The notes below the pieces were generated by a model. That model had not been told where the DNA came from, did no database searches, and saw only the letters and a list, made by a program, of their open reading frames with translations. From a virus (Duplodnaviria; Caudoviricetes), in the IMG/VR virus record IMGVR_UViG_3300020050_009513, positions 12,597 to 76,596 of that record: a DNA stretch of 64,000 bases; one strand, written 5' to 3'. The translations under genes and the position numbers were made by a program. Below, one piece after another: positions 55,750 to 64,000 of this stretch; the first letter of the stretch is position 1, and every line of letters begins with the position of its first letter.

Positions 55750-57704
55750 TAGATATCATCTCCTGCCTTAGCCATCTTTAGTTGTTTACGCAGTGAATCA
55801 AGATCCTCTTCCTCATTGGAAGCAATCTCTTCAATCTCACCACGCCGACCATCCCAAGAAAAGTCCATGCGTCCTGATTCACCTAGGTCATTCTTGAGAA
55901 TGTTGATACTCAAGAAGCGATCGTTCTCAGAGTTCTCAGGATTAAAGCCCTCACGATAAATACCCAAAGCAATACGGAAACTCTGTGCCAAGAAGCTACT
56001 ACCCTTGATGGAAGTATATGAGGTGATGGGTTCACGCATATCTCCGGTCATCTTATTAGGCTGCAATAATACAATCTGAGCTACATCCATAGTATTAACA
56101 ATACCTTGGAGTTCCTGTGCTACCTTCTTGCTGGCCGCGTTATCATCTCCAACATCAGTAGTTACCATTTCGAAGTAGTCAATCAGAACAAGTTTAATTT
56201 TCTCATCGGGACTTGTTGCCATCTCGTTACACCGATTAATGTAATCCTTAATATCCGATACCGTAGCAGCAGACTTATCAAAGAAATACACGTTACCAAA
56301 CTCTTCTTTAACTTTTTGCTCAAGTCGATCGGCCTCTTCCGGATTCTTCTCAAAGATTTCATACAGTTGCTCACGGGTCTTGCCTGAAATCTTATACAGA
56401 ATCTTTTCATACATACGAGTGCGGGCCATATCAAAAGATGCAAATACAGATTTAATGCCAGCCTTTGATGTATTATTTAGAATGTTCAATGCTAGCGAAG
56501 ACTTACCTGATCCAGGCGCACCGACAATACCAACGTTAGCTCCGACCGAAATGAATACCTTTTCATCCAGAGATTTAATCCCAGTCTTGATAGTATTCTT
56601 TTTGATGTTCTTAACATAGTCTTTAAACTTCTCGTGGATACTGTGGATATGAGAAGGTTCGTACTCAACATCCATAGGCTTGTTAACATTAATACCAAGG
56701 CGATCTGCCAATTGAACTAATGTGGGATCTTCGTTGTCTTTGTAGATGCCGCCCTTCCACCCATCAGCATAGACTACTTGAACAATTTTGTTCCACAGTT
56801 CTTTATCAGGAAAACGATCACAGTTATTAATTTCAGATTGCCGCTCTGCTACACCCTTGAGCATTCGGTAGTTAATGTCCTGATTAAATCCCTGCTTCTT
56901 ATACGTTGCACAAAGGACCATAAAGACATGGTTACGTACCCCTTCACCAGAAGGGAAGTGTCCCTCCTGCAAGGCATACCGCAGGTCTGTAAGCCATTTA
57001 GGTTTCATTCGGAAATCAAGTTCTGTCTTGTTCAAAGGAGCAGCCTTCTGCAGAACAGGCGCTGCCGGACGGAGGTTTTTAATAGAGGTAGGGAGTTGCA
57101 CGTTAGGGATGTCCATCAAGTCTGAATTAACATTTGTTCTGTCTGACGCTAGACGCTCAATCGCTGCAGTATCCAGAGTCTTAAGTTGCTCCAATGTAAG
57201 AGGAGTCTTAAACATCTTAGTCTCTTGGTGGCGAGTTCCTACCATACGAATAATCCGCTGGGGATCATTGATACGTTGGTCAAAAGTCTTAAGATTAGAT
57301 CCTAAGGCTAAGACGTAGTCTTTAAATTGTTTTTGGGTAATACTCTCAGAGAGGTCTACTTGAACGTGAAACCCCTTACGTCCTGAGAAACACACTAGTG
57401 CATTCTCTGGCGCAATGCCGTGAGTCTTCAATCGCTCAAGTAGTGCTAGCGTATCTGACTGGGCCTCTTTCAGATCGGCCTTAGAATCAAAATCAAATAC
57501 GAGTTTATTGGTAGTAACGTCTTCAATACCCTGCAAACTTTTCGTGGCATTGAAGTGTTTGTGATGCTCTTCGTTATACTCGAAGATGCTAGTATAATAA
57601 TCCTTGTCGGGATTCTTAATGTAATCGTAAGGGTTCGTATCTACAGGGATAAGCTTATTGTTATTCAAGCCTTCGCTAAAGCGAATGTAATGCATCACCG
57701 ACAA
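55749..57704 (-). CDS. primase (AEP/PrimPol type)-helicase (SF4/RecA-like) fusion
   Basis: LVFDFD and FSGRKGFHV; GAPGSGKS, LVLIDY and KGS; true start may be 57698 or 57695. Confidence 0.85.
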   Translation of the reverse strand: MSVMHYIRFSEGLNNNKLIPVDTNPYDYIKNPDKDYYTSIFEYNEEHHKHFNATKSLQGIEDVTTNKLVFDFDSKADLKEAQSDTLALLERLKTHGIAPENALVCFSGRKGFHVQVDLSESITQKQFKDYVLALGSNLKTFDQRINDPQRIIRMVGTRHQETKMFKTPLTLEQLKTLDTAAIERLASDRTNVNSDLMDIPNVQLPTSIKNLRPAAPVLQKAAPLNKTELDFRMKPKWLTDLRYALQEGHFPSGEGVRNHVFMVLCATYKKQGFNQDINYRMLKGVAERQSEINNCDRFPDKELWNKIVQVVYADGWKGGIYKDNEDPTLVQLADRLGINVNKPMDVEYEPSHIHSIHEKFKDYVKNIKKNTIKTGIKSLDEKVFISVGANVGIVGAPGSGKSSLALNILNNTSKAGIKSVFASFDMARTRMYEKILYKISGKTREQLYEIFEKNPEEADRLEQKVKEEFGNVYFFDKSAATVSDIKDYINRCNEMATSPDEKIKLVLIDYFEMVTTDVGDDNAASKKVAQELQGIVNTMDVAQIVLLQPNKMTGDMREPITSYTSIKGSSFLAQSFRIALGIYREGFNPENSENDRFLSINILKNDLGESGRMDFSWDGRRGEIEEIASNEEEDLDSLRKQLKMAKAGDDI

Positions 57705-57762
57705 CTCCTAGAAAGGTTGAGGGAGGGGACATCCTATCCCCAACCCCCTAGAAATTTATTGA

Positions 57763-57993
57763 TTAATCCTGAACCAATGCCACGTCATACTTAACGTAGT
57801 CGGGAATTTTTGCTTTGATCTCTTCTGCTTTCTCGGCACTCATACGGCCCGAGGCTACAGCATTATCCAAGCTTTTACGCGGGTCAACCAATTGAAGATT
57901 ATCTTCAGCGGTTAGGGTGACAGGGGCAGTTACTTTAATATACAAACCGCCCTTTTTACTTTTACGCAAACTGCCAATTGTCTTCCAAGCCAT
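57763..57993 (-). CDS. small DNA-binding-like hypothetical protein
   Basis: WKTIGSLRKSKKGGLYI. Confidence 0.6.
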   Translation of the reverse strand: MAWKTIGSLRKSKKGGLYIKVTAPVTLTAEDNLQLVDPRKSLDNAVASGRMSAEKAEEIKAKIPDYVKYDVALVQD

Positions 57994-58394
57994 TATCGTA
58001 CTCCTTGTTTTGTTAGGATCTCTTGTGCAATTTTACCTGATACTTCTTCTTCAACTTGTTTCATTGTAGCCTGATTAGACAATACAGCCTGTGTCATAAT
58101 CTGTTTGCACTCAGAGGCATGCAGACACATCATCAGGAGTTCTGTCTCTTCTTTACTGCGAAGTTTAGAAGTCATGTCTCCCAGAGGAAACTCAACCAAA
58201 GCAGTAAGTACTCGGCTTACTCCACGTCCATTGAGTGTCCGGGATCGGGCCTTAATCTGTGGTACTAACTGTCCAAATGCATGAGCTGCTTTGTTTACTT
58301 CGGGAGTATTAAGGGGATCAATAGGTGCCGCTGGAGTAGCTTGAACTTCTTCTGTTGCTACTGCTTCTTCTTTACGCATCATATTAAATATCAT
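57993..58394 (-). CDS. hypothetical protein
   Basis: 133 aa. Confidence 0.6.
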   Translation of the reverse strand: MIFNMMRKEEAVATEEVQATPAAPIDPLNTPEVNKAAHAFGQLVPQIKARSRTLNGRGVSRVLTALVEFPLGDMTSKLRSKEETELLMMCLHASECKQIMTQAVLSNQATMKQVEEEVSGKIAQEILTKQGVR

Positions 58395-58920
58395 CCTCTA
58401 CAGTTGTAGTGGCTACGGGAGCCTTAGGTTTAAACTTATTGAACGACGGTTTTGCTTTAACTTCGGCAACAGGGACTTCTGTTTTAGTTGCAACAGGAGC
58501 AGGGGCTGCCTTTGTTTCTACTTTAGCAGCCTGAGTAGGGCGTCCCATCGCCACCTCTCCATCATCGTCCTCAGCTTTAAGGACAGGCATGGCCTGGAGT
58601 CCGTAGCGACGAGCATAACTAATGGCTGATCCTAGTGCTTGGGGATCATTTTGTTTAGCGCATACGATTGGAGTATGTGAAGCTAAGTATTCTCCAGACT
58701 CATGAATCATGATTGTTTGGACTACAAAATTATCAATAGCTTGTAGTACTGCAATACCTTCTTCATTCAATACGGGAATGGCAGCATCAATGACTGCATT
58801 CAGATCAGCGTATTTAGATTTGAAGAAAGGGTTTTTTGCATCCTTGAGTGCAGCTCCCATTTTCTTTTGGGCCTTAAGAAGGGCCGGTGCAAACTTAGCA
58901 AGACTTTCAGATTTAATCAT
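58384..58920 (-). CDS. erf: ERF-family single-strand annealing protein
   Basis: KNPFFKSKYADL; GSAISYARRY; EDDDG. Confidence 0.9.
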   Translation of the reverse strand: MIKSESLAKFAPALLKAQKKMGAALKDAKNPFFKSKYADLNAVIDAAIPVLNEEGIAVLQAIDNFVVQTIMIHESGEYLASHTPIVCAKQNDPQALGSAISYARRYGLQAMPVLKAEDDDGEVAMGRPTQAAKVETKAAPAPVATKTEVPVAEVKAKPSFNKFKPKAPVATTTVEDDI

Positions 58921-58938
58921 TACGCCTCCAATAAAATA

Positions 58939-58967
58939 ACTGTAACAAAGATTTATTTATTTGTCAA
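58939..58967 (-). promoter_or_regulatory. sigma70-type promoter
   Basis: TTGACA-17-TACAGT. Confidence 0.8.
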
Positions 58968-59356
58968 ACTTTTTCTGTGTGCCGCATAAGTTTTAATGCA
59001 AACCTATCTGCAAGTTTCTTAATAGCTACAGCCAAATCATCTGCAAAAGGTTCAACAGATACAATCTTAGCTTGTTGCATATTTGTAGTATACTCAATCG
59101 TTACTAACATAAACTTACGTTTAGCTGAATCAAAGTATACGTTATAAGCTAAGTGAGTAACAACCTTAGCTTCTGCTTTAGGTGCAACTGCTACTTCTTG
59201 GATAACTTTAACTTCTTGAATTACTTCCTTGACTTCTCCTGCAGCATCTGCTAAGAGCTTCTCTAGCTCTTCTTGACTTAGCGGGCTATTTTCTAGCACA
59301 GCCTTATTAGCTTCTTTCTTCTGATCCTTAATCTTCTTCGTAAAAAACTTACTCAC
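58964..59356 (-). CDS. hypothetical protein
   Basis: AAGGAG SD before GTG. Confidence 0.6.
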   Translation of the reverse strand: MSKFFTKKIKDQKKEANKAVLENSPLSQEELEKLLADAAGEVKEVIQEVKVIQEVAVAPKAEAKVVTHLAYNVYFDSAKRKFMLVTIEYTTNMQQAKIVSVEPFADDLAVAIKKLADRFALKLMRHTEKV

Positions 59357-60464
59357 TTTTTTTCTCCTTGTCAGCAACTACAACTAATCCGTGCATATCA
59401 CCTTTATAGCATAACTTAATGTATGGGCATGGGCCACCGAAGTGGTTTTGGCAAGTGTTTAAATTTTTAGTAAACACTCCGGTCTTAATATTCTCATTGA
59501 TACTATTCATATTTTCAATAACAAGTTCTTCTGTTGCCAACGGGATCTCATCAATAATGATCTGAACAAACACATCGGGGTTAAATGTTTCGTTCCAAGC
59601 ACCGTCGCAACGTATCCCGTTAACTTCATTGTTGCAAGACTTGTGTCTCCCCCCGGTCCCGTCGTATCCGCACACCGAACAAATCTTTACCCTATTTTTC
59701 ATTAGGTTTTTATTTAAAACAATATAGCCTGCTTTACGGGTGTGGTACTTATCTCCTAGGGCATGTGTGTATAAAGAAAGCTGGGCTGAAGTAACTACTG
59801 AATCATCTGCATAGTTTGATGCAGAACTTTTGTTATCTAGAATAACAACCCCGTGCCCTGCCACTTCTGCTACTAGGTCAACAACTCCAGTAATCTTATC
59901 TCCATCCTCATTAGTTAATGAAATCTGTTCCTGTACAGAAAGAACACGACCTAACTTGGGCATTACTTTTTTACGGTAAGCCTGTAACATGATTAGTCCT
60001 TTACGGCGTAGACTAATCCAGTGCATTAAATTAAAGAATTTCTTTTCCTCTAATTTGAACGAGTCGAGTCCTCGTGCTTTTTTCTTTTCTCGTAGAGCGG
60101 CGATACTTCCCACGACATCTTCAACTCTTGCGACATCCCCTTTTTCAAAGAACTCCTCAAGCAAATGATAGTCATCTTCAGTAAAAAGATCCATATCAAG
60201 ATCTGCTGCCGCATATACCAGGCTCGGATACGTTGGTACATAAACACCTTTCCCATTAACCTCTGTGTACTGAAGAGCTTTATCGAAAGTCTCTTCCGGG
60301 TTCCCTGAATCTTCTAACAAAGCATTAAGTCCTGTATCCAAGGATGCCCCAAAGATAAGAGAACTTCTAACTATGTTAGGACGGATGCGGCTGACGTAAT
60401 GGTGCTTGTACATAGTAGGGCAAGCCTGATATGTAGATGCCGCTGAGTGAGATAACTTAGTCAT
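59349..60464 (-). CDS. PD-(D/E)XK exonuclease (RecB/Cas4-like)
   Basis: LSHS...Y..CP; GVVDLV; LDNKS; QLSLY; C...CPY..LC. Confidence 0.85.
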   Translation of the reverse strand: MTKLSHSAASTYQACPTMYKHHYVSRIRPNIVRSSLIFGASLDTGLNALLEDSGNPEETFDKALQYTEVNGKGVYVPTYPSLVYAAADLDMDLFTEDDYHLLEEFFEKGDVARVEDVVGSIAALREKKKARGLDSFKLEEKKFFNLMHWISLRRKGLIMLQAYRKKVMPKLGRVLSVQEQISLTNEDGDKITGVVDLVAEVAGHGVVILDNKSSASNYADDSVVTSAQLSLYTHALGDKYHTRKAGYIVLNKNLMKNRVKICSVCGYDGTGGRHKSCNNEVNGIRCDGAWNETFNPDVFVQIIIDEIPLATEELVIENMNSINENIKTGVFTKNLNTCQNHFGGPCPYIKLCYKGDMHGLVVVADKEKKSE

Positions 60465-60470
60465 AGATAG

Positions 60471-60499
60471 ACTATACTCCATCTTATATTATTTGTCAA
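60471..60499 (-). promoter_or_regulatory. sigma70-type promoter
   Basis: TTGACA-17-TATAGT, 6 nt before ATG 60464. Confidence 0.8.
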
Positions 60500-60974
60500 T
60501 GCAAATTCTATCTCGACGCAAGTTAACTAAGAGGGTTTCCCCTGTACTTGGCCTATGGATTTTTAGACTTAATAATGTTCCGGGCTCTCCTCGAATGTCG
60601 GGTTCACTTGTTTCTAGAATAATATCACCAATAAGAAGTCCAGCTTTAAATGCTGGATAACCAGGTGCTACAGAAAGTAAAGAGTTGTCCATAAAGTTTT
60701 GCGTAATACCGATACCACCATACCAACGATCCTCAATACACTCAGTAAGCTCACCTTTGGAAGATTTCTTTTTTTCTTTTTTCTCTATACCATCCTCATC
60801 TACTGACATAACAATCTCTACATCAACAGACTTAGCGATAATGTTACCTGTAGTCTCAGTGTTACCTCCATAAGAATGCTCACCGCCGTCTCCACCGGCA
60901 CCTATAAAAAAAATAAAAAGGAGCGGGAGACAATGGAATAGAGTGGATGCTAAGAAATATCTAGACTTAATCAT
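60489..60974 (-). CDS. membrane-anchored PDZ-domain protein
   Basis: N-terminal TM; GGIGI and SVAPGYPAFKAGLLIGDII. Confidence 0.8.
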   Translation of the reverse strand: MIKSRYFLASTLFHCLPLLFIFFIGAGGDGGEHSYGGNTETTGNIIAKSVDVEIVMSVDEDGIEKKEKKKSSKGELTECIEDRWYGGIGITQNFMDNSLLSVAPGYPAFKAGLLIGDIILETSEPDIRGEPGTLLSLKIHRPSTGETLLVNLRRDRICIDK

Positions 60975-61422
60975 TCAATCCAAGCTTATCTTCAAGATAC
61001 TCAACCCTAGCCATAAGTTCTTTAACCATTCTTTGTAGTTCTGTTACCTCAGAGGTAGCTCCAGTATTGAGTGTCGTATCATTAAAATCAGATTCTAAAA
61101 ACTTAAGAGCAGCGTGTGTGTCAATTAAATTAGATTGAAGTAATTGACTTGCCATCTGTACCCTGCCTGCAGCATTAGTTGACAATTGTCCTAATGCTAC
61201 TCCGGAAGATACACCTTGCTGCTGTGCTGCACTTGAAGCTGCTTGGTTTACATTCCACTGATCTGACATAGAACGTGCTCTGCTGGCTAATCCGTTCCAA
61301 ACACCATGATCGAACAGCTCATTTGGCACAATATTCTCCGATTTTGGTAAGACAAAAACTAACGCCATCAACAAGAAGCCAAGCAACAATAAGGCAAATA
61401 GCAAGGAAGATACGAACAGCAT
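60967..61422 (-). CDS. membrane-anchored hypothetical protein
   Basis: long N-terminal hydrophobic helix, Q/A-rich body. Confidence 0.6.
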   Translation of the reverse strand: MLFVSSLLFALLLLGFLLMALVFVLPKSENIVPNELFDHGVWNGLASRARSMSDQWNVNQAASSAAQQQGVSSGVALGQLSTNAAGRVQMASQLLQSNLIDTHAALKFLESDFNDTTLNTGATSEVTELQRMVKELMARVEYLEDKLGLND

Positions 61423-61910
61423 TACTTAATCTTTTCTTTAAGGTCTTCCCACGAGATTGGTTTTCCACCTAAAGCCTCCACGCAAACGTTAATGTAACGA
61501 CGATCTTTAACACTATTACTATGAACGTGGCCGTGAATATTCACCTTACCGCGTAATTCATCCGGGTGTATAGGCGCATGACTTAACCATGCAAGTCCTT
61601 TATACTTCTCAAATCCGTGTACTTTATTGAAATACTTATGATAAGTCTCCATAGAAAACTTATCATGATTACCTAAGATCAAATGCTTAGTTCCCCGTAG
61701 CTTAGGTAACAAGTTTAAATACTTAGCATCAAAGCACACATCACCGAGAACGTAAGTCAGGTCATGCTTGGTTACTGTACTGTTCCAGGACTCTATGATG
61801 TAGTCGCTGTGTTCGTCTACTGTAGTGACTCCGCCGCGCGCGGCTCCAGAGAATTCTATAATACCTTTGTGCCCTAGATGTAAGTCTGAAATAAAAAAAA
61901 CTTTGCTCAT
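61422..61910 (-). CDS. calcineurin-like metallophosphoesterase
   Basis: SDLH, GD, GNHD, SHAP and HGHVH. Confidence 0.9.
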   Translation of the reverse strand: MSKVFFISDLHLGHKGIIEFSGAARGGVTTVDEHSDYIIESWNSTVTKHDLTYVLGDVCFDAKYLNLLPKLRGTKHLILGNHDKFSMETYHKYFNKVHGFEKYKGLAWLSHAPIHPDELRGKVNIHGHVHSNSVKDRRYINVCVEALGGKPISWEDLKEKIK

Positions 61911-61982
61911 TTAATTCTCCGCCAGAACGCCAGTCAGCGTACTCTTCTTCTGTGAGTTCGTATACTTTTTGGATTGTATCCA

Positions 61983-62582
61983 TTAGTAAGGTTCCTCTAG
62001 TATTTCCATAGTATCCGGATCGAGTGCTGTAAGAACTCTATCACGACTTTGATCTAAGCACAAGGCAAAAAGTTTACCGTCATCTCCAAAAAAAGATCGA
62101 AGTCCCCAATGAGAATTGTGACCAAAGATTTGTAACTTATTCATTTTCTTAGGCTTATCTCTATTCCAAATAATATCAAACTCAGTAGTCAAAGCCTCAT
62201 CAATTGGGGCGTGGGTTGCGATAAACTTCTCTGTCTCAATGCGAATAGGTAGAGTGTTCAACCAAGTTAAATGAGTTTCTGGGGGACGGTCATCTCCATA
62301 TGTACGCATATAAGATTCAATGGTTTGAATTCCTCCGTTATATTTCCAAATCTCTCCCTCATATTGCTGAGTGTATTTCCAGTAGTCAACCATCATATGC
62401 TCATGATTACCTTTGATCGCACGGACACGACGGGTATTCATTGCAAAAGCCACTACACCAGCAGAGTCTGGTCCACGATCTACCAAATCTCCAAGTAGAA
62501 TAATCTCTTCTGTGTCGGGGCGCCGAGCTATCAACCGCGTGAGTGCGTCTAATTCTCCAGCCACATCAGCAATAATAAGCAT
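61983..62582 (-). CDS. Ser/Thr protein phosphatase-like (lambda NinI type) metallophosphoesterase, copy 1
   Basis: GDLVDRG, GNHE, HA and GH; first motif is DVA instead of DxH. Confidence 0.85.
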   Translation of the reverse strand: MLIIADVAGELDALTRLIARRPDTEEIILLGDLVDRGPDSAGVVAFAMNTRRVRAIKGNHEHMMVDYWKYTQQYEGEIWKYNGGIQTIESYMRTYGDDRPPETHLTWLNTLPIRIETEKFIATHAPIDEALTTEFDIIWNRDKPKKMNKLQIFGHNSHWGLRSFFGDDGKLFALCLDQSRDRVLTALDPDTMEILEEPY

Positions 62583-62769
62583 GGGTACCTCAGTTAGTTA
62601 AGGCTTGCTTATATAACTCTCTAACAAGATTACGAAGCTCTTCCAATTCTTTATCTCGAGCTTCCCAACCTTTTAAAAAACCAATATATAAACCTGCATC
62701 CATAGTCCCCCTGGGAGGAGACTCGTGTTTTTGAATTGTATTAGCAAACTCAAGGGCTTGTTGTTCTTT
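62316..62769 (-). repeat. arm 1 of diverged inverted duplication
   Basis: aligns without gaps to 63547-64000; about 33 substitutions counted by hand. Confidence 0.95.
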
Positions 62770-62778
62770 AGTCCTCAT
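62590..62778 (-). CDS. hypothetical protein, copy 1
   Basis: 62 aa; near-identical to 63535-63726. Confidence 0.7.
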   Translation of the reverse strand: MRTKEQQALEFANTIQKHESPPRGTMDAGLYIGFLKGWEARDKELEELRNLVRELYKQALTN

Positions 62779-63082
62779 GTCGTGCTCCTAATTTAGGGCG
62801 ATCTTCGTGGTCTAGTTCACCTTCTAGAGTCTGATATCCTTGTATAATTTCAGTATTCTCTAGTAGCCCCGCAGTTAAACGGTAAGATGTTTTCTCAGTG
62901 GTACCTGTTGTAGACTCAAGGTGATCTGCCATCAACACTTGCCGCCCATCTGATAAAGTTAATACCCAAGCTTGTTTGTACATGTAGTAACGCTTACGTC
63001 TTGCTCCCGTAAAATGAAATACTTTAAGTAGATCGCCATGCCTAATAGGCAATCCTTTTTTATCCCAGGCTTGATTAATCAT
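62768..63082 (-). CDS. hypothetical protein
   Basis: 104 aa. Confidence 0.65.
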   Translation of the reverse strand: MINQAWDKKGLPIRHGDLLKVFHFTGARRKRYYMYKQAWVLTLSDGRQVLMADHLESTTGTTEKTSYRLTAGLLENTEIIQGYQTLEGELDHEDRPKLGARHED

Positions 63083-63157
63083 TTACGTAGAAAGTATCAC
63101 CAGGCGTAGATCGAGCCTCTAATCCAGATCAAATATAGTGGCTTTTAAGTACTAACA

Positions 63158-63538
63158 GTGGGAGATAACGTGTCATATAAGAAATATCAGAAGGCGGGTA
63201 ATGCTCGCCACTATAGTAAACCTTATCTCAGATTATACTCACAAGTTTTGAAGAATGCTAAGAGTCGGGGGCATGAAGTAAGCTTTACTTACGAAGATTA
63301 CTGTGATATTATTAAGCATAACAAGACTTGTCACTACTGCAATCGTAAATTAAAGTGGATAAAGCATGGACCAAAGGCCTACCTCACTAACTTGGACAGA
63401 AAAAATCCGGCCATTGGGTATACAAAGCGCAATGTAGTGGCTGCTTGCTGGCAATGTAATAACGCTAAGAGTGATACGTTTAGTTACAGGGACTGGTTTG
63501 CAATGACAGAAGTTCTAAGAGAGCGGAGAAGTAAATGA
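63158..63538 (+). CDS. HNH endonuclease
   Basis: CHYC...LDRKNPAIGYTKRNVVAACWQCN..K; true start may be GTG 63170. Confidence 0.85.
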   Translation: MGDNVSYKKYQKAGNARHYSKPYLRLYSQVLKNAKSRGHEVSFTYEDYCDIIKHNKTCHYCNRKLKWIKHGPKAYLTNLDRKNPAIGYTKRNVVAACWQCNNAKSDTFSYRDWFAMTEVLRERRSK

Positions 63539-63726
63539 TGAAATCTAAAGCACAGCAGGCCCTTGAGTTTGCTAATACAATTCAAAAACACGAGTCTCCT
63601 CCCAGAGGGACTATGGATGCAGGTTTATATATTGGTTTTTTAAAAGGTTGGGAAGCTCGAGATAAAGAATTGGAAGAGCTTCGTAATCTCGTGAAAGAGT
63701 TATATAAGCAAGCCTTAACTAACTGA
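63535..63726 (+). CDS. hypothetical protein, copy 2
   Basis: paralog of 62590-62778. Confidence 0.7.
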   Translation: MMKSKAQQALEFANTIQKHESPPRGTMDAGLYIGFLKGWEARDKELEELRNLVKELYKQALTN

Positions 63727-64000
63727 GGTACCCATGCTTATTATTGCTGATGTAGCTGGAGAATTAGACGCGCTCACGCGGTTGATAGCACGGCGTCCCG
63801 ACACAGAAGAGATTATTCTACTTGGGGATTTGGTGGATCGTGGACCAAACTCTGCTGATGTAGTAGCTTTTGCAATGAATACCCGCCGGGTCCGTGCGAT
63901 CAAAGGTAATCATGAGCATATGATGGTTGACTACTGGAAATACACGCAACAGTACGATGGTGAAGTTTGGAAATGGAACGGCGGTAATCAGACTATTGAA
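63547..64000 (+). repeat. arm 2 of diverged inverted duplication (runs off the window)
   Basis: reverse-complement match to 62316-62769. Confidence 0.95.
63734..64000 (+). CDS. phosphatase copy 2 (partial, truncated by window end)
   Basis: MLIIADVAGELDAL...GDLVDRGPNS...GNHEHM; open to the window edge. Confidence 0.85.
   Translation, partial: MLIIADVAGELDALTRLIARRPDTEEIILLGDLVDRGPNSADVVAFAMNTRRVRAIKGNHEHMMVDYWKYTQQYDGEVWKWNGGNQTIE

Noticed and set aside
61762-61983. ORF overlapping the phosphoesterase by 150 bp across a T8 run (possible frameshift fusion)
   Set aside because: The downstream gene has its own ATG and no stimulatory structure was seen; unsupported
1-64000. Alternative genetic code, DGR, retron, integrase or tRNA genes
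   Set aside because: Standard-code ORFs tile the window fully, and no reverse transcriptase, recombinase or cloverleaf was recognised; not checked with tools

Overview
The window is a near-complete lytic-looking tailed phage genome of podovirus type (short tail, ejection proteins) with three blocks. (1) About 1-9,900 is a minus-strand early/accessory block. It holds many small ORFs, a C39-like peptidase, a GGCT, a HAD-HNH fusion, a DUF5664-type diphosphohydrolase and a membrane-anchored ClpP-like protease. (2) About 10,000-46,200 is the plus-strand virion block: terminase, portal, head accessory/Ig-like proteins, scaffold, major capsid, fibres, adaptor, nozzle and four ejection proteins. A counter-oriented island interrupts it at 25.3-28.5 kb. 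(3) About 46,100-63,100 is a minus-strand replication block: dUTPase, T5 A1-like protein, intein-containing PolA, primase-helicase, ERF recombinase, PD-(D/E)XK nuclease and phosphoesterases. The last ~450 bp are a diverged (~93% identical) inverted copy of 62,316-62,769. The most striking signals not explained by the gene calls are these. (a) Two paralogous structured non-coding RNAs (4,611-4,783 and 27,179-27,393) with compensatory base changes. (b) A separately promoted four-gene cassette just before the scaffold gene (two unknown proteins, a GH24 lysozyme and an ADP-ribosyltransferase-like protein) whose products share a terminal F-x-[KR]-[LI]-x-x-L-[LM] helix, a candidate capsid-loading signal for injected effectors. 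(c) A ten-copy TAACATAT-W-N4-TA late-promoter motif. (d) A sigma54 promoter with an IHF site and an enhancer-like palindrome next to a Z-DNA-prone tandem repeat. (e) sigma70 promoters positioned to give leaderless mRNAs. I saw no tRNA, CRISPR array, integrase or reverse transcriptase. All family calls come from motifs recognised by eye; no database search was run.
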